From assembly GCA_030141605.1 (NCBI GenBank), contig JAQGDQ010000420.1, positions 124,001-188,000 on the forward strand: a stretch of DNA of 64,000 nt, read 5' to 3'. The notes under the pieces were generated by a model. It saw only the letters and a program-made list of their open reading frames with translations, did not search any database and had not been told where the DNA came from. The stretch is from Tubiluchus corallicola. Its lineage: Eukaryota > Animalia > Priapulida. The translations under genes were made by a program, and so were the position numbers. Below are positions 41,001-52,377 of this stretch, one piece after another; position 1 is the first letter of the stretch; each line of letters opens with the position of its first letter.

Positions 41001-43694
41001 CCTCATTATAACGCCACTTTTGTTATATTGCCAACCTCGCTTAATGCCCACATTTTTGGCAAAATGAAATGCCTATATAGACATAGCCAAGTATGTATTA
41101 ATGCACCTCATTATAATGCCCCTTTGTTATATTGCCAACCTTGCTTAATGCCCAAATTTTTGGCAAAACAAAATGCCTATGGTGACAAGGACATGTTTGT
41201 ATTATTGCACCTCGTTATAATGCTTAACTCACTTAATGCCAACTTTTTCTGGAATCTCAAAGTAGGCAGTATAAAGGTTTGACTGTATAATTAACTTGAT
41301 GAAAATTACTTATATCAACACTAAAATTTGTTCTATGAATTGCTATCATGCAGTACATACAATTGTCAACAATTATAAAATTAACAACAAGCTCACAAAA
41401 TCAAGGCAACACAAAACAAGTGAGATACGAAAGAGACTTTCTAAATATTAGAGTTCAGATACCAGCATCTAAAATCCTTGTCACAACTGTAGCATCAAGA
41501 TCAGGAACATAGCCATCTAACAGTTGAGAGCCATTCCTCATTGGAACTCCAGCTACCATAACACTGTCTTTGATCACTACTGTCTTCCCTAAAAGTTTCC
41601 CAGTTGATGCTCCCGGAATATCACACTTCCATGCCCTGAAAGTAAGTGAATTGAAACACAGAACATATTGTAGTAGAAAATAAACTTCTCATACTTGCAT
41701 TAAGAGAGTGCAGAATAAAAAAAACATCTTCAAATTCAAGATGATTTTATGTATAATTGTATTTCAGAAAGAATACAAACAACAAGGCATTACTGACTGA
41801 TATGAAATCATATTTATTAAGTTCACAAGTTACAATTGTCTAGTTTCATAGATAATAAAACCTCAATTATTCTAAAATTATCCAAATCAATCATTTGAAG
41901 CATAATATGAAATATAGTACATAAGTTACGAAAAATTATTTTTAAGTTTAGCACAACACTACGTCTTGAAGCCATAATTATCATTTAATTTGGCACTCGA
42001 CAAGCCGAGATCCAGCACTTGGCAAAGTTTCTGCTCTGTACAGAAGTGTGTGGCTGGACTGGAACCAATCTCGGAATCAAAATAATCCTTTAAGACACTG
42101 GACTAGCCACATTTGTCACACTTAACCTAGTATCCAAATATCAGCAGTGATTTATATTAGCTTTTTTTCTTCTAGGCAGGGAGGCAATTTACCAATAAAA
42201 GAGTTATTGAAACCCAAGTAAGCATTTGAAATCTCTTACCAGGCATTGTACGGGTTATTTTCTGGCTTAGGCCTATAGCCAGGTGTCCGTGGATACTTCA
42301 CTCGAGGTATGGGCTCTGTCAGATTAGCTATGATTTGAAAACAGTCAAGCAATCCATCAGCACACTCTACAAAATGAAAAAAATAATTAAAATCTGCTAT
42401 CAGAAACTTTCAAATAATTCTACTGTGACTGCAGCCAGCACGCAAGGTATGGGGCAAGATAATATTAAAAACTCAAGTAAACAAAAATTACAGAATGTGG
42501 TTTTCAAACAACGATGCAACAATACGTACCCGACCTGTGACATGTTACATTTCGAATGTTTCGTTTCCTAAAAATAGCAGTTTTGAAGGGCTATGGTATT
42601 AAATTATCATGCTACATTTGCATAATACATTTCTTCTTCGTTCAATTCGAGAAGTGTGGCATAGAGCATGCAATAATGCACATGGTGCATGGCCTTGTTA
42701 CAATTAAAATTTTATAAGTTATAGTACCATAGAGCATGCGGGAATGCATATTCCTACGTAGAAATCTTTCAAGATATGCAATGCCAAAATTTAATGTTCT
42801 GTACCTTTGTAGCCCTTCAACTCTTCTTCACTGCAGTTTAATCCATATTTCTCCGATATAGCAGCTAAACGATCAAAACTTGGAGAATTGATTCCTCGCG
42901 CTTCCAACAATCCTATAACAATAAAAAACTTGGTCATCATCATCATCATTATTATTATTATTATTATTATTATTACAGTGTTCCCTCGCTACTTTGCGGT
43001 TCGTTTATCGCTGACTCGCTGTTTCGCGGGTTTTCAAAAATATTAATGTAAAATATTTATCGCGGGTTTTTGTGGTACTCCGTCAAAATTACGTATCTAG
43101 GTTTAAGAGTTTAAAACATTTTTGCAACCATTTAAATAAAGTTTTTTTCAAGGTACATGTGCAGTATGGGAAAAGTTATTAAGGGAAAGGGTTATGTATA
43201 AGAGTGTGGGGAGGGTTTATAAAGACTTAAAATAATGTATAACTACTAAAATAAGCATAGCGTCCCTACTTCGCGGAAATTTATTTATCGCAGGTGGGCC
43301 TGGAATGGAACACCTGCGATAAGTGAGGGAACACTGTATTACTATTATTATAATTATTTACTTAATTTACTTAAAAATATTATTCTTTTTCTTGCAAGAA
43401 AAAACTAAAGGTGAAAGAAATCAAGTGGATTGAGTAGGAATCAAATAGTGAACCAATGATGCAATGACTGCCTATAGAAATTAGCATTTCAGTAGCTTGT
43501 CTTTGTTTAATTATAATGAAATTGTGACACACACTTGCGTTTTGCAAAATTTTTCTATCAAGGCCAAAATCTGATCAACAAAGAGAAGGTGACAAAACTT
43601 TTTCTACATACAGTATTATAAGAAGTTTTAAAACATCTTTTTATAATATTTACTCACTACTGCTTTGAGCACAGGGGTCTTCTGAACAAAACAT
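35027..43694 (-). CDS. Amidase-signature family enzyme, 10 exons
   Basis: Exons 43658-43694 (first exon less certain), 42805-42912, 42240-42366, 41463-41635, 39482-39621, 38754-39026, 38214-38382, 37440-37502, 37034-37321, 35027-35250. Catalytic Lys in [16 protein letters not shown] signature, [12 protein letters not shown] nucleophile motif, C-terminal [18 protein letters not shown]...[14 protein letters not shown]. Confidence 0.92.
35273..35702. mobile_element. piggyBac-type MITE
   Basis: TTAA-CCCTTTCA...TGAAAGGG-TTAA, inserted next to the last amidase acceptor site. Confidence 0.75.
40171..40695. repeat. 29-bp minisatellite, ~18 copies
   Basis: Unit CTATAAAGATAGTTCAGTCAGTTATTGAT. Confidence 0.97.
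40779..41286. mobile_element. Tc1/mariner-like MITE with internal ~110-bp tandem repeats
   Basis: TA-CAGTCAAA...TTTGACTG-TA. About 4 internal repeats of CAACCTCGCTTAATGCCCACATTTTTGGCAAAAC. Confidence 0.72.
42976..43336. mobile_element. Tc1/mariner (Tigger-like) MITE
   Basis: TA-CAGTGTTCCCTC...GAGGGAACACTG-TA. Confidence 0.82.
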
Positions 43695-43852
43695 GTCTTC
43701 ACACACACAGTTTAGCAAAACTCCATTACTTCAAACACAGGCCTCAAAGACTAGTATCGTCTCTGCATATGCTTATATGGCTTTGGTACAACCTTTGTAC
43801 TGTCAACAAGATTGTTATTGATTTGTTGTACACAAATTCCACGATGACCAGT

Positions 43853-44230
43853 TGCTGTGTTTTGTTTCTCTCGGAAGGCTCGTAGAGAAAACCAGAAAAC
43901 ACGTCATCAAATTAAACTAGTTTATTAAGCGAGAATTCTACAACACAAAAGTATGAAGGAACGCGAAATGTTTACAGTAGATGTGAAAATCTGGAAAACG
44001 TTTAAGTGTATCTGAAAATACAAGTATACAAGAGAATGTGTAAGTGTGCGTCCGTGTGAATCTGCGTGCATATGTGTGTGTGCCAGAGGCCAGCTTCGCC
44101 TTTTATAGCGTGCCAGGGAACATTCCAGAAGTTTCTTTCTAGAACATTCTACAAGGTAAGATGATAATTCTAATGGAACATTCTACAATGTTCTCTTTAA
44201 TTCTAATAGATGCCAGCGATCTCCGCAACA
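43853..44230 (-). mobile_element. Solo LTR
   Basis: TG...CA termini with an imperfect inverted repeat. 5-bp TSD CCAGT at 43848-43852 and 44231-44235. Minus-strand TATAAAA (~44101-44107) and AATAAA (~43921-43926). Confidence 0.75.
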
Positions 44231-44271
44231 CCAGTGAAACTTACAGTCTCTGAATAAGATGCACAGTAATC

Positions 44272-45692
44272 TCAAAAGGTTTAGCATGGTACAGATTAAA
44301 ATGCATGTCAAAAGATTTAGCATGGTACAGATTAAAATGCATGTCAAAAGATTTAGCATAGCTTAGATTGAAATGCATATCAAAAGATTTAGCATGGTTT
44401 AGATTGAAATGCATGTCAAAAGATTTAGCATAGCTTAGTTTGAAATGCATGTCAAAAGATTTAGCATGGTTTAGATTGAAATGCATGTCAAAAGATTTAG
44501 CATGGTTCAGATTGAAATGCATGTCAAAAGATTTAGCATGGTTTAAATTGAAATGCATGTCAAAAGATTTAGCATGGTTTAGATTGAAATGCATGTCAAA
44601 AGATTTAGCATGGTTCAGATTGAAACACATGTCAAAAGATTTAGCATGGTTTTGAAATGCATGTCAAAAGATTTAGCATGGTTTAGATTGAAATGCATGT
44701 CAAAAGATTTAGCATGGTTTAGATTGAAATGCATGTCAAAAGATTTAGCATGGTTTAGATTGAAATGCATGTCAAAAGATTTAGCATGGTTCAGATTATA
44801 ATGCATGTCAAAGGATTTAGCATGGTTCAGCATGTCAAAAGCTTTAGCATGATTTAGATTGAAATGCATGTCAAAAGATTTAGCATGGTTCAGATTAAAA
44901 TGCATGTCAAAAGATTTAGCATGGTTTAGATTGAAATGCATGTCAAAGGATTTAGCATGGTTCAGATTAAAATGCATGTCAAAAGATTTAGCATGGTTCA
45001 GATTGAAATGCATGTCAAAAGTTTTAGCATGGTTCAGATTGAAATGCATGTCAAAAGATTTGGCATGGTTTAGATTGGAATGCATGTCAAAAGATTTAGC
45101 ATGGTTCAGATTGAAATGCATGTCAAAAGATTTAGCATGGTTTAGATTGAAATGCATGTCAAAAGATTTAGCATGGTTCAGATTATTTATAATGCATGTC
45201 AAAAGATTTAGCATGGTTCAGCATGTCAAAAGCTTTAGCATGATTTAGATTGAAATGCATGTCAAAAGATTTAGCATGGTTCAGATTAAAAGGGCATGTC
45301 AAAAGATTTAGCATGGTTTAGATTGAAATGCATGTCAAAAAATTTAGCATGGTTTAGATTGAAATGCATGTCAAAAGATTTAGCATGGTTTAGATTGAAA
45401 TGCATGTCAAAAGATTTAGCATGGTTCAGATTAAAATGCATGTCAAAAGTTTTAGCATGGTTCAGATTGAAATGCATGTCAAAAGATTTAGCATGGTTCA
45501 GATTAAAATGCATGTCAAAAGTTTTAGCATGGTTCAGATTGAAATGCATGTCAAAAGATTTAGCATGGTTCAGATTGAAATACATGTCAAAAGATTTGGC
45601 ATGGTTCAGATTGAAATGCATGTCAAAAGATTTAGCATGGTTTAGATTGAAATGCATGTCAAAAGATTTAGCATGGTTCAGATTGAAATGTA
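44272..45692. repeat. 36-bp minisatellite, ~39 copies
   Basis: Unit GATTGAAATGCATGTCAAAAGATTTAGCATGGTT(T/C)A. Generates the repetitive ORFs in the track. Confidence 0.98.
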
Positions 45693-46260
45693 TGACAATG
45701 CATTATGACACATACTAAGCTGCAATATTTAGGTAAATAAGAACACTACTATAAATAAGGAGTGTTTATCCCTAAATTTACAAAACAATTTGATATAGAA
45801 CAGTAGTTTGTAAACTTCTAGACTAAACATGATCCTCCTAGTAAGAATTATCAGATCCAGAAAAAATACATACTTCTCAGAATATTATAGAAAAGAATAA
45901 ATGCAACTTTCACATATTGGATCACTAAGTAATTTCAAATCAACGAAAAACAGAAACAGAGACAGACAGTCAAACTAAGAAGAAAAACATTCCCTCGCAC
46001 GACCACTTCCTGATGTGGAAGACTGCACCAACATGACCGACAACAGTGCAGACAGCCCACACAATTTTTGTACATAATGTACCAGCACATAATTTAAAAG
46101 ACACCAAACAAGTTAATATGCTGCCTCATTAACAAAAGATAAAAATCAGTGCATTTCAACAGTTGAGTAGTTATCCTTATCTCAATAAAAATTTAAATAA
46201 GCAAAATAATTTAATAATATAACTAATAATGTTACGAACTAGTGCACACTGATTAAAAAA

Positions 46261-46459
46261 CTATTTTTTATCTCCCAGTTGCTCCATGGTATAGGCATAA
46301 TTTAACACAGTGACTTCATCAAAATGTCTGCTGACTATCATGAGTCCCAAAGGAAGTTCGTCTGGTTCTGATAATCCTGCTGGAACCGATAGAGCTGGAT
46401 ACCCGGTGGAGTTAAAGATGGCGGTGTTGATCCTCGCATCAAAGACATTGCATATGAGT
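46261..46459 (-). pseudogene. Orphan terminal exon of a second amidase paralog
   Basis: INTAIFNSTGYPALSVPAG...LPLGLMIVSRHFDE matches the last exon of the 35-43 kb amidase. Acceptor at 46460-46461. It is 1 nt short relative to the paralog's phase, and no upstream amidase exons were seen in the window. Confidence 0.7.
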
Positions 46460-46949
46460 CTGCAAAGATATGACTCAATTTTTAGCCTTCTTTTCAAAGT
46501 CTATTACGGCACATTCAAAATAGCAAGTTTTCTGGTGAGAGTTTTCTTTCTGACAGCAGACTCGAGAGTGTGAACGAGTTACTATCCACAAGTTATTTCA
46601 AACTCTCTGACAGTTGCTGTGAGTTGATTTCTTACGAGCCTAACGCCAAGGCGAGCTACTCTTGACACTTCTCACAGCGAATAAAGACGTCAGTGTCAGC
46701 TAGTGCTTACTGTCAGAGAGTAATTCGCAGCAAGTTTTGCTCTCTAATTTGAACATGCTTGAAAGTTATTTGGCGACAAAATTTGCTAGTCCGAACATAC
46801 AGTTAGCAAGTGATATAAAAACATTACTTTATACTAACAATTTGCATAAATGTTGACAGCTGTAATTATTGATCCATAGTAAGTTAGTAACCAACAATCT
46901 GATTAAGGTTTACATACCAGAAATAGATGTTGTGGTAGGCATCACAAAG

Positions 46950-47090
46950 ATGTTAGAGATCAAGAGGAAGTGGGATCCGGAGAACAGGTTCACGTGTTGG
47001 CAGTGTGTTGGTTATTCAAAAGATGGCGCTAATGCTGCTGTCCCATTACTGTCCATGATGACGTCACTGTTGATTCTCTTGAAACTGTAG
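46950..47090 (+). pseudogene. C-terminal fragment of a berberine-bridge-enzyme (BBE)-type FAD-linked oxidase
   Basis: LEIKRKWDPENRFTCWQCVG resembles the BBE C-terminal motif (LxxIKxxWDPxNxF). It is followed by a hydrophobic tail. No upstream exons were recognised. Confidence 0.6.
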
Positions 47091-47705
47091 TGAAGATATA
47101 GGCTGCAGAGTAGCAAGTGATTGTGACGTCCTACACTTTTAATATTTTCATCATTTGTTTCGTAGGTGAAGCCATAAACTATGCACTTTTTTTGCTTCCC
47201 TCAGCCCGATTTTCCTTTTTTCGACAAATGGGATAAAGATAAACGAATTTTTCCTAAGAATCACACTGGAACATACACTACACTGAAACTACAATGTACA
47301 ATAATGAAGTGATTTGAAACCGAGTCTTACCAATGTAGCTATGCAGTATACCCGTCAGTGACCTGCCCTGGTAGTGACCACCCAAAAATGCTGGCTGCCA
47401 GCTGTTGACTTATTTCTTTCTCTTTCTTCTTGTCTTTCACATCCTACAGAAAACAAAAAAACGTCTTAGTAAATTCTCAAGTCTAAAAAGCTAGTACCGT
47501 TGTAGTGTAGGGTTTAGCGTGGCGTCCGGGAGAGAAGAAGACGGAGGTGTGAGTCTCAGTGCAGATGTGAAACTGCTTGAGACTTACTAATTAACATTTT
47601 GCTTACAGCAGAATCTTCTTGATATACACCCGGTATTTATTTTTATTTATTTATTATTAGTCTTCCGTTTTGTTTCTTTAAAAACATCGCACACGCACGG
47701 GGCTG

Positions 47706-48064
47706 GAGGGTCACAAAACACAGGGCTACATGGTCACGAAGCACAGGGCCAGAGGGTCACGAAGCACAGGGCTAGATGCTCATGAAGCACAGGGCTAGAG
47801 GGTCACGAAGCACAGGACCAGAGGGTCACGAAGCACAGGGCCAGAGGGTCACAAAGCAAAGGGCCAGAGGGTCACGAAGCACAGGGCCAGAGGGTCACGA
47901 AGCACAGGGCTAGATGGTCACGAAGCACAGGGCCAGATGGTCACGAAGCACAGGGCCAGAGGGTCACGAAGCACAGGGCTAGATGGTCACGAAGCATAGG
48001 GCTAGAGGGTCACGAAGCACAGGACCAGAGGGTCACGAAGCACAGGGCCAGAGGGTCACGAAGC
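47706..48064. repeat. 23-bp minisatellite, ~15-16 copies
   Basis: Unit GAGGGTCACGAAGCACAGGGCCA. Confidence 0.96.
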
Positions 48065-49042
48065 TTACAGGAAACAAAATCCCCAAACAAAGGAATATTG
48101 TGACTCCAGCGTAAAAAACAAATATAATCCTAACAGATATTGAAGTATTTTACCGTATTATTATGATTACAGAAAGAATTTGTAGTTCATTTGGTATTAA
48201 ATTAGCAGATTATCATATGAATTAAAAACATTTTGGACGAATTTCGTATGTGTACATCACCATGTTTAGTATGTGTGCATTACTATGTTTCGTACGTGTA
48301 CATTACCATGTTTCGTATGTGTATCTTTTGCGAGAATGACATAACTAATACCTTATGATTAAGGGTTATTGAAGGTTACATACTATACTCACGTGTAAAG
48401 AAGTACGCCCTGTAGCAGTGACGTCTCGAGAAAATACCGCTAAGAAGGAAATTATAAGAAATCAAAAGAAACAAGTTTTGCAGTAAGTTTACAATAAAAT
48501 GAATTGAATATTCCTGCTGAGAGTAGGATTTTATGTTGCAAACGCTTACATTATATTGTGGGTTGGTTGACTTTAATTCATACGAGTATTAAAAATAAAA
48601 ATTTTCACAACAGTGTTACGTGAACTAGTATTAATAACTTTTTACGGAATTGTATCTAGATTTTATATGAACAATGAATTGATTCTTAGTTTGAAAAGCC
48701 GTTTCTAGAAGAGCTACAATAATCTTGCATAATTCGATATGCTGGGTACGATTAAATATATCCATGGTCCTTGAGAAAACTGACAATCATCTGCAAAGCC
48801 GTACAAAGACGTCACGGGAATTACTTGATTTACCGAGGACCCAGCGATGGATAACAAAGACAGCAACAAAATGAACAAATGTCTGAACAGTTTGGTGTTT
48901 TTTATTTATAAAATGAATCTGAAAGAACTACTCACTGCCTTCCATTCATCATCATCGTCTTCCTTCCTCTCCATCACTAAACTGCAACTCGAACACACCT
49001 CCTGATCAAAAAATTTCGAATGAAAGTTTGTAAACGACTTAA

Positions 49043-49301
49043 CCCATAGCCGACCAAGGTGGAGTAAAAGTTACCCCAGGAGCATTTGCTCACATTTTTA
49101 TATTGATGCCTCAACGAAAAATTTTCAACCTAATAGCGATTAAATATTCTTCGATTTGTTATGCAACCATACCTTGGTTTTGTTGAAAAGTATCATTCGT
49201 GATTTTTTACAAAGCACAAGTACCAGATACTACCTGTCTTGGGGTAAATTAATACTCCGTTTGGTCTTTAGTGTAATATAAATCCCCTTGGTCGACTAAG
49301 A
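49043..49301. mobile_element. piggyBac-type MITE
   Basis: TTAA-CCCATAGCCGACCAAGG...CCTTGGTCGACTAAGAG-TTAA. Confidence 0.7.
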
Positions 49302-50996
49302 GTTAATAATAATGACAAGAAAATTGACAATAAATAATTATTAGTCTAATGATAACGATAACAATGCTGAATTGTGAGGTTTAATTGCCATTGCTAGTGT
49401 AATGTTAATTAATTTAAGGTAGAAGATAAGCTAGACCAGGATAGGACAAGATCAAACACGAACTTGTTATATCCTCTGCTGATAAGTTTGTTTAGCTGGT
49501 AAGAAAAGACAGACAAGACGAAAGCAAAACTTACTACTCTGTTTCTTCTTCTTATTTTCCTTCTCAGCCATCTGAACAATCTACAACAACAACACCTCCA
49601 TTTACTCCCGTATAGCGGTTGCTCCGTCCAAGCCAGTCTAGCCAAGGTGGCTCCATCTAGCTGGAAAATTTAAAGTGTGGGCTTTGACTCAGTTATATTG
49701 TCGTTATGTTGTTCTGTAGTATGTGAATGAACTGTCTTGTGCAAGCTAGCGAAATTTATCAGCCACAGCGATGCAGCGTTAAAAGACAAGAAAAGGGGTA
49801 CCTGAAGTAGGTTTGAGAAAAATTGTCTTAAAAAAATTACATTACTTTACAGCAATTTTATGCATACATCGTACTCGCGTTGAAAGGATTTTTTGTCTGT
49901 TTTCATTTTAAATCTCCCACAATACTGTTCCGACGGCGCCATTACATGATGTCATATATGCAAACGTAAATCAAGGGAAGAAAAGGAAACGTTAAATTAT
50001 CTCCCAAAAAAATTTTCATGCAAATCTATTTTACTTGGCATTTCGCTTACCAGCTGGAAGGACTATGTAATTGGAAATAATAATTTAAAATGTGATTGCG
50101 AATTGGTAAAACGTCACTGACTCACCCTCCAGGGTGCTCTACTCACTAACCAAAAACGTATTTTTAATCTTATTGACAAGAATTTTACTTAGTTAGTGAT
50201 ATGTGTGCTATGAATGCTCTGATTATTTTTTCAAACTTCACTCAGCGTTATCTAAATTTGTTTCAAATAACTTATCATCAAAATGGCTGCATTTAACGGT
50301 CATAGTGGGAGTTTAAATTTACCTGTTTGATACAGCATGACTGCCGATTCTAGTCCTGTTTGTAAAAAGGACACTATGTAAGTGATATAAAATTTCATGA
50401 AGAATTTTTTAAGCTTAATGATTATGAAGGGTTTTCTTGTGCTTTAAGAACTAATACATACTCCCACTGTTACATCTGGTTGACCTTGCCTATCGCTGCC
50501 CACCCCTCTTTGATTAAACTGTTCTGCAAGTTGCATATGTAAATTGTGTAAAAAGCCATGTGTGACTGTTCATGCACAATGCCTTTTGATATGCATGAAT
50601 AGGTAGTTTTGCTGTTAGGTTGCCCTGCTTGGAAATATACAAGTTAGTTGAGTGTGTAAAATTGTATCTCATGAGAGTTTTGACTGCTTTTTCATAAGAT
50701 TCAAGAATGTTGCTTATTGTACTGAGTACGCGATTGTAGTATTATGTGACCCATTTAATTGTCAGTCTGCTACACTATAGTACTAAATTAGTCTATGCTG
50801 CCATCTACAGTCATTGTTTTACTCTAATTGTACAAAGTTTGTCAGAGATTGATTTTTGTTTCTAAATATTGTTTCCTTTTGCTTTTATAGATATTCATTA
50901 ATCAGAGTAATTAGGTTGTTAATTTCATGCTTTAATTCTGGTTCTCTCTCTTATTCAAGTTTAAATAGAGAAAAATTAAAACACAGCTTTCTGTAA

Positions 50997-52377
50997 TGTA
51001 CAACGTCGAAGCCGATACGGCTAAATCAGTGCAAATCAGATGTCCATGAAACCATCTCTTATCCACGACTTGAACCTTCTTGCATATCCAAGCATCCGTC
51101 TTTCTTCATCGAGTTTTTCGGCACAGTTGTTGACTAGGGATCTCCATGCAAGACGGTCGTGAACTGCGAAAGGCAGCTTGTCCAACATTCCACCTTTCCT
51201 CAGAAAGAACTTCACCTTGTCCTTGAAGCGAAGAAGAGGACGACCAACACTGCGAGAGCCACTGGTTAGTTCTCCATGAAGAAGAGCCTTTGTCGGTCTC
51301 TTATCGTTCATTCTGACCACATGCCCAAACCACCGAAGTTGAGCCTTAGTAAGCGTAACCTCGATATCTTCCATCTTGGCACGAGCCAGCACGTCTTCGT
51401 TTGGCACATAGTCGTCCCAGTGAATACGAAGGATGTGACGCAGATGTCTCTGCTGAACCGCACGAAGAGACCTGACCTGATCTTGATAGAGCGTCCACGT
51501 TTCCTGACCATAGGAAAGCTGCGGAATGATGCAATGCATGTACACCTGCAGTTTAGTGGCGATGGTAAGGTCATGGTTATCGAAGACACGTTTCCTCATA
51601 CGGCCGAAAGAGCTGGCTGCAGCATTAATTCTTGCATGAAGCTCAGTATCCAATCGAGTATCTGAGCAGATGTAACTTCCGAGATATTTGAACCGTTGCA
51701 CACTTCCAAGCTGTTCTCCGTCAATGGTAAAATTGACACTGTCGCTAGAGCCGACACTCATTGTCTCAGTCTTCCTTTTGTTAATGCGCAGTCCCATTCT
51801 CTTTGCAGTTTCATTGTAAATGTCGATGAGATCCTGAAGGTCTTCCGGGTTGTCAGAGAAGATAGCTATGTCATCGGCATATTGCGCTTCACGCAGGAAC
51901 ATCATTCGTGTCTTCGTCCTTGCTTTGAGTCGACGTAGGTCAAAAATGTCTCCATCATATCTGAATCGAACATGAATGCTCTTCGTCGAGCCAAGTCTGC
52001 CGAAGGCTACCTGCAAAAGGACTGCAGCGAAAAGTCCGAAAAGAGATGGAGCTAACTTGCAGCCTTGTTTCACACCGCTGTTGTATTCTACAGGATCACT
52101 AAGCTGGCCATTGACAGAGAGACGCGCTAGCATATCAGTGTGTAGAGCTTTTACCATACTTGTAAATCGATCCGGGCATCCACACTTTGAAAGCACCTTG
52201 TACAGCAATTCGCGATTGACACTGTCAAAAGCCTTTGTAAAGTCGATAAAGGCAATATGCATTGATGTTCTATGCTCTCTCGTTTTCTCCATCAGCTGAC
52301 GAATCGTAAAAATACCATCAATGGTACTGCGATCCCGTCGATACCCTGACTGGGACTCTGGGTAGATACGCTCCAGA
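50997..52377 (-). mobile_element. 5'-truncated RTE-clade non-LTR retrotransposon (reverse transcriptase domain and C-terminus)
   Basis: Stop-free ORF 51036-52391 with PESQSGYR, FIDFTKAFDSV, GVKQGCKLAPSLF, YADD, FKYLGS and LRWFGHVVRM. TSD TTTCTGTAA at 50988-50996 and 52378-52386. Confidence 0.93.

Noticed and set aside
44241-45718. Repetitive ORFs (MHFNLNHAKSFD)n and (KCMSKDLAWFRL)n
   Set aside because: By-product of a 36-bp unit. Frames are broken by indels and there is no splice context.
51276-52299. Plus-strand and alternative-frame ORFs within the LINE
   Set aside because: Shadow ORFs of the reverse transcriptase coding sequence.
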